A DNA stretch of 24,000 bases, taken from contig NZ_AP031406.1 in NCBI RefSeq assembly GCF_045865535.1, positions 234,134 to 258,133 on the forward strand. Reading direction: 5' to 3'. Below the pieces are notes generated by a model that was given only the letters and a program-made list of their open reading frames with translations, searched no databases and had not been told where the DNA came from. Of the stretch, positions 21,257-24,000 are shown one piece after another; positions within the stretch are counted from its first letter, which is position 1; every line of letters begins with the position of its first letter. Origin of the DNA: Owariibacterium komagatae (GTDB lineage Bacteria > Bacillota > Clostridia > Oscillospirales > Ruminococcaceae). Made by a program: the position numbers and the translations under genes.

Positions 21257-23551
21257 ATGAATATCCATGAACTGCGTAAGAAAATCAAAGAATATGCCGA
21301 TGCGTACTACAACGAAGACGCTCCGCTCGTTACCGATGAGGAGTATGATGCTCTGATGCACGAACTGCGCCGTCTGGAAGCTGAAAATCCGGAAGCGGTC
21401 GCTCCTGACAGCCCCACACAGGTTGTGGGCGGTAAACGGGTACTTGGTATCCCGGTCGAACACAAGGTCCCCATGCTGTCTCTGCTGGATGTTTTCTCGG
21501 ATAAGGAGGTAAAAGACTTCCTAAATGACGTCTGGGCAAGTTTCCCGGATGCTGCGTTCTCTGTGGAGCGGAAAATCGACGGTTTGAGCTTGTCCCTCGT
21601 ATATGAGGATGGCGTACTCATTCAGGCGAGTACGCGCGGCGATGGGCATATGGGCGAAGATGTGACCGAAAATGTCCTTGCTTTAAACAGTGTGCCGAAA
21701 CGAATCGAAACGGATGTTCACCATCTGGAACTGCGTGGCGAGTGCTTCATGTCCGAGGCCGATTTTGAGCGCACTAATGAGGAGCAGCTGGCTGCCGGAA
21801 AGAAGTTGTTCGCCAATCCCCGCAACTGCGCGGCCGGCACTCTGCGCCAATCTGACCCTATGCTTGCTGCCAAACGCAATTTGCAGGTTATCATTTTCAA
21901 TGTACAGGATTCAGATGCTGATGCCGGTCATACCATGGACATGAATGGTTCTCACTGGTTTCAGATGGACTATTTGAAACAGCGTGGCTTCGTAACAGCA
22001 AATGCTTTCTGGGCTCACGAGGAACGTGAGGTGTTGGCCGGAATCGAGTACATTGGAAACGGTCGAGCCGATTTGGGCTATCCCATTGACGGTGCTGTTG
22101 TGAAGGTGGATAGCTTGCGTCAGCGTCGCGAGCTGGGAGAACGCACTAAGAGTCCCAAATGGGCTATTGCGTTCAAATATCCTGCCGAAGAAAAATCGAC
22201 AGTCCTGCGGAATATCGCTTTGCAGACTGGCCGAACTGGCCGTATCACGCCGGTGGCCGAGTTTGACCCGGTGCGCCTTGCAGGCACAACGGTCGTTCGA
22301 GCAACACTTCACAATCAGGCATTTATCGACTCTTTGGACGTACGTATCGGCGACACGATTGTCGTTCACAAGAGCGGCGATATCATCCCGAAAATCACTA
22401 TGGTTGAAAAGGAGAAACGTCCGGCTAAAACGGTCCCGTTCCGTATTAAATTCTGTCCTGTCTGCGGTGCCCCGGTGGAACGCCGGATGCAGAAAGACGG
22501 GGAAAGCGTAGACCTGTATTGCTCCAATGCAGAGTGTCCCGCCAAGGTTGTGAACCGTATCATCCATTTTGCATCCCGCGAATGCATGGACATCAAAGGC
22601 CTTGGGCCGTCTATCATTGAGGCTCTGTGCGCTGAAACTGAAGAAGGGGAATACAGGGAAGTCCTGATGGACGATTTCCACCCCGGCTGGTTCCAGGGCG
22701 AATATACCGCCAAGCAGCGAGCGAATGCCGCACGGATTTTCGAGCGATATCTGGATACGACCGTTTATCTGTTGTGCAGTGATTTTGATGGCAAGGTTGA
22801 TTATCTCAGTGGCGTCAAGGTCTCTGAAACTGATATTCGGGATATGCAGAAAACGGGCCTGCTCTGTGTGAAGGAAGGGAACGGCAATGTTCGTGAAATC
22901 CCCATTGAAAGCGTTGTCCGAATCGACACGACCCGGACGGCGGTGCGTACACCGGCCGACCTGTATTATCTGTCCCGGTGGGAATTGGTATGTGCCTGCG
23001 GTGACAGCGAGAAAATCGCGAATACTCTGATGGCTGCTTTGGAAAAATCCAAAGGCAAGCCGGCTGAGCGCCTCCTAAAAGGACTTGGCTGGGAAAATGT
23101 TGGCGGCCATGTGGCTCGTATCCTTCTGGAAGCCTATGGAAGTCTTGAGGAGCTGTTCCGTGCCCGCCGGGCCTATGAAGAAATTTCCCAATTAGATGGC
23201 ATTGGCCCTGGCATTGCACAGGATATCGCGAATATGCTGAATGATGAGGGAATGCGCCAGGAGATTCGGCGGCTGGGCAGTGCTGGTTTGCGCATGGACC
23301 ACGAAACGATTCAGGTGCAAGATGCGAAACTGACCGGAAAAACTTTTGTTATCACTGGCACACTTCCGGGGATGTCCCGGGATGAGGCAAAGTCTTTCAT
23401 CGAGAAAAATGGTGGTAAGGTCTCCAGCAGCGTAAGCAAAAAGACGAACTATCTGTTGGCCGGTGAAGCCGCTGGCAGCAAGTTGGAGAAAGCCATTTCG
23501 CTGGGAATCACGGTGATTTCCGAGGAAGACCTTCGCAGAATGATTGGCTGA
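21257..23551 (+). CDS. ligA: NAD-dependent DNA ligase LigA with a ~100-aa insertion in the HhH region
   Basis: Motifs seen: Ia domain YYNEDAPLVTDEEYDALMHEL; adenylation motif ERKIDGLS; STRGDG; Zn finger CPVCGAPV...CSNAECPAK; HFASRECMDIKGLG; BRCT GKTFVITGTLPGMSRDEAKSFIEKNGGKVSSSVSKKTNYLLAGEAAGSKLEKA. ATG 21257 is 8 nt after GGAGG. Confidence 0.9.
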   Translation: MNIHELRKKIKEYADAYYNEDAPLVTDEEYDALMHELRRLEAENPEAVAPDSPTQVVGGKRVLGIPVEHKVPMLSLLDVFSDKEVKDFLNDVWASFPDAAFSVERKIDGLSLSLVYEDGVLIQASTRGDGHMGEDVTENVLALNSVPKRIETDVHHLELRGECFMSEADFERTNEEQLAAGKKLFANPRNCAAGTLRQSDPMLAAKRNLQVIIFNVQDSDADAGHTMDMNGSHWFQMDYLKQRGFVTANAFWAHEEREVLAGIEYIGNGRADLGYPIDGAVVKVDSLRQRRELGERTKSPKWAIAFKYPAEEKSTVLRNIALQTGRTGRITPVAEFDPVRLAGTTVVRATLHNQAFIDSLDVRIGDTIVVHKSGDIIPKITMVEKEKRPAKTVPFRIKFCPVCGAPVERRMQKDGESVDLYCSNAECPAKVVNRIIHFASRECMDIKGLGPSIIEALCAETEEGEYREVLMDDFHPGWFQGEYTAKQRANAARIFERYLDTTVYLLCSDFDGKVDYLSGVKVSETDIRDMQKTGLLCVKEGNGNVREIPIESVVRIDTTRTAVRTPADLYYLSRWELVCACGDSEKIANTLMAALEKSKGKPAERLLKGLGWENVGGHVARILLEAYGSLEELFRARRAYEEISQLDGIGPGIAQDIANMLNDEGMRQEIRRLGSAGLRMDHETIQVQDAKLTGKTFVITGTLPGMSRDEAKSFIEKNGGKVSSSVSKKTNYLLAGEAAGSKLEKAISLGITVISEEDLRRMIG

Positions 23552-23613
23552 TGCCAAAGATGGGGAGGATAAGTGGGCTTTTCCAACTTCAGCGTGGTTT
23601 GGGACTTTAATGA

Positions 23614-23636
23614 ACCCGAAAAATGTGTAGTATCAA
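23614..23636 (+). promoter_or_regulatory. promoter-like motif CCCGAAAA-N8-TATCAA(T) upstream of tnpB
   Basis: CCCGAAAAATGTGTAGTATCAAT lies 34 nt upstream of ATG 23670. It is the weakest of the three intergenic instances. Confidence 0.3.
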
Positions 23637-23669
23637 TTACAGGAAACTAATTTTCAGGAGGTGAGCAAA

Positions 23670-24000
23670 ATGACCGCATACAAAGCGTTTAAGTTTCGTC
23701 TGTATCCAACCAAAGAACAGGCAAAACAAATCAACAGAACGCTTGGCTGCTGCCGGTATGTGTACAACCACATGCTGGAGCGCAGAATCAAGGCATACAA
23801 ACGCCGGCAGGAGAGTTTCAGCTATATCAAAATGCAGAATCTGCTCCCTCGAATGAAGGAGTACCTGCAATGGCTTGCCGAAGTGGATAGCCAGGCACTC
23901 AAGTACGCCTGCCGCTGTTTGGACGATGCCTACAAAGGTTTTTTCAAAAACGGTCGTGGTTTCCCGCAATTCAAAAGCAAGCATAATCATAACCAGAGCT
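23670..24000 (+). CDS. tnpB: TnpB (IS200/IS605 OrfB-type RNA-guided endonuclease), N-terminal part, runs off the window
   Basis: ATG 23670 is 8 nt after AGGAGG (23656-23661). MTAYKAFKFRLYPTKEQAKQINRTLGCCRYVYNHML...LKYACRCLDDAYKGFFKNGRGFPQFKSK is the characteristic TnpB/OrfB N-terminus (KaykfRlyPt.eQ......G..R.vyN; A...ff....g.PkFKsK). There is no stop before the window end. Confidence 0.8.
   Translation, partial: MTAYKAFKFRLYPTKEQAKQINRTLGCCRYVYNHMLERRIKAYKRRQESFSYIKMQNLLPRMKEYLQWLAEVDSQALKYACRCLDDAYKGFFKNGRGFPQFKSKHNHNQS

Noticed and set aside
1-24000. tRNA, rRNA or riboswitch genes, considered because a cca gene is present.
   Set aside because: Intergenic regions are short apart from the array and the omega-RNA regions. 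I saw no cloverleaf-like arm patterns (GTTCGAATC-type T-arm) by eye. A tRNAscan/Infernal run is needed for certainty.

Overview
Gene-dense window with every credible gene on the + strand. Long minus-strand ORFs look like antisense shadows. Gene content looks Firmicutes/Clostridia-like: class B sortase, TraX, strong GGAGG-type RBSs. The window could be a chromosomal accessory island or a large phage or plasmid; I cannot tell which from the sequence. Gene order: a 5'-truncated UvrD/PcrA-family helicase, a ParB-N-like DGQHR protein, a CCA-adding enzyme and a 77-aa ORF. Next is a Cascade-only type I-C module (cas5c-cas8c-cas7c) with no cas3, cas4, cas1 or cas2 in the window. A 3-repeat mini-array abuts the cas7 stop, followed by a 27-repeat main array (8850-10608) with unusually heterogeneous repeats, duplicated spacers and short spacers. 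A secreted 520-aa protein gene lies between the last array repeat and an orphan repeat at 12357-12388. After that come a membrane protein, a small sortase-substrate-like protein and sortase B. An IscB gene follows, with an upstream omega-RNA-like region and identical 20-nt hairpins on both sides. Then come membrane/acidic proteins, TraX, a P-loop kinase, a second divergent IscB, two hypothetical genes, an NAD-dependent LigA with a ~100-aa insertion, and the 5' part of a TnpB gene. The main candidate for novelty is the Cas3-less, adaptation-less I-C Cascade. It is co-oriented with a helicase/ParB-like pair, and two of its spacers carry a promoter-like motif that also sits upstream of genes in this window. 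All calls rest on reading motifs by eye; no database search was run.
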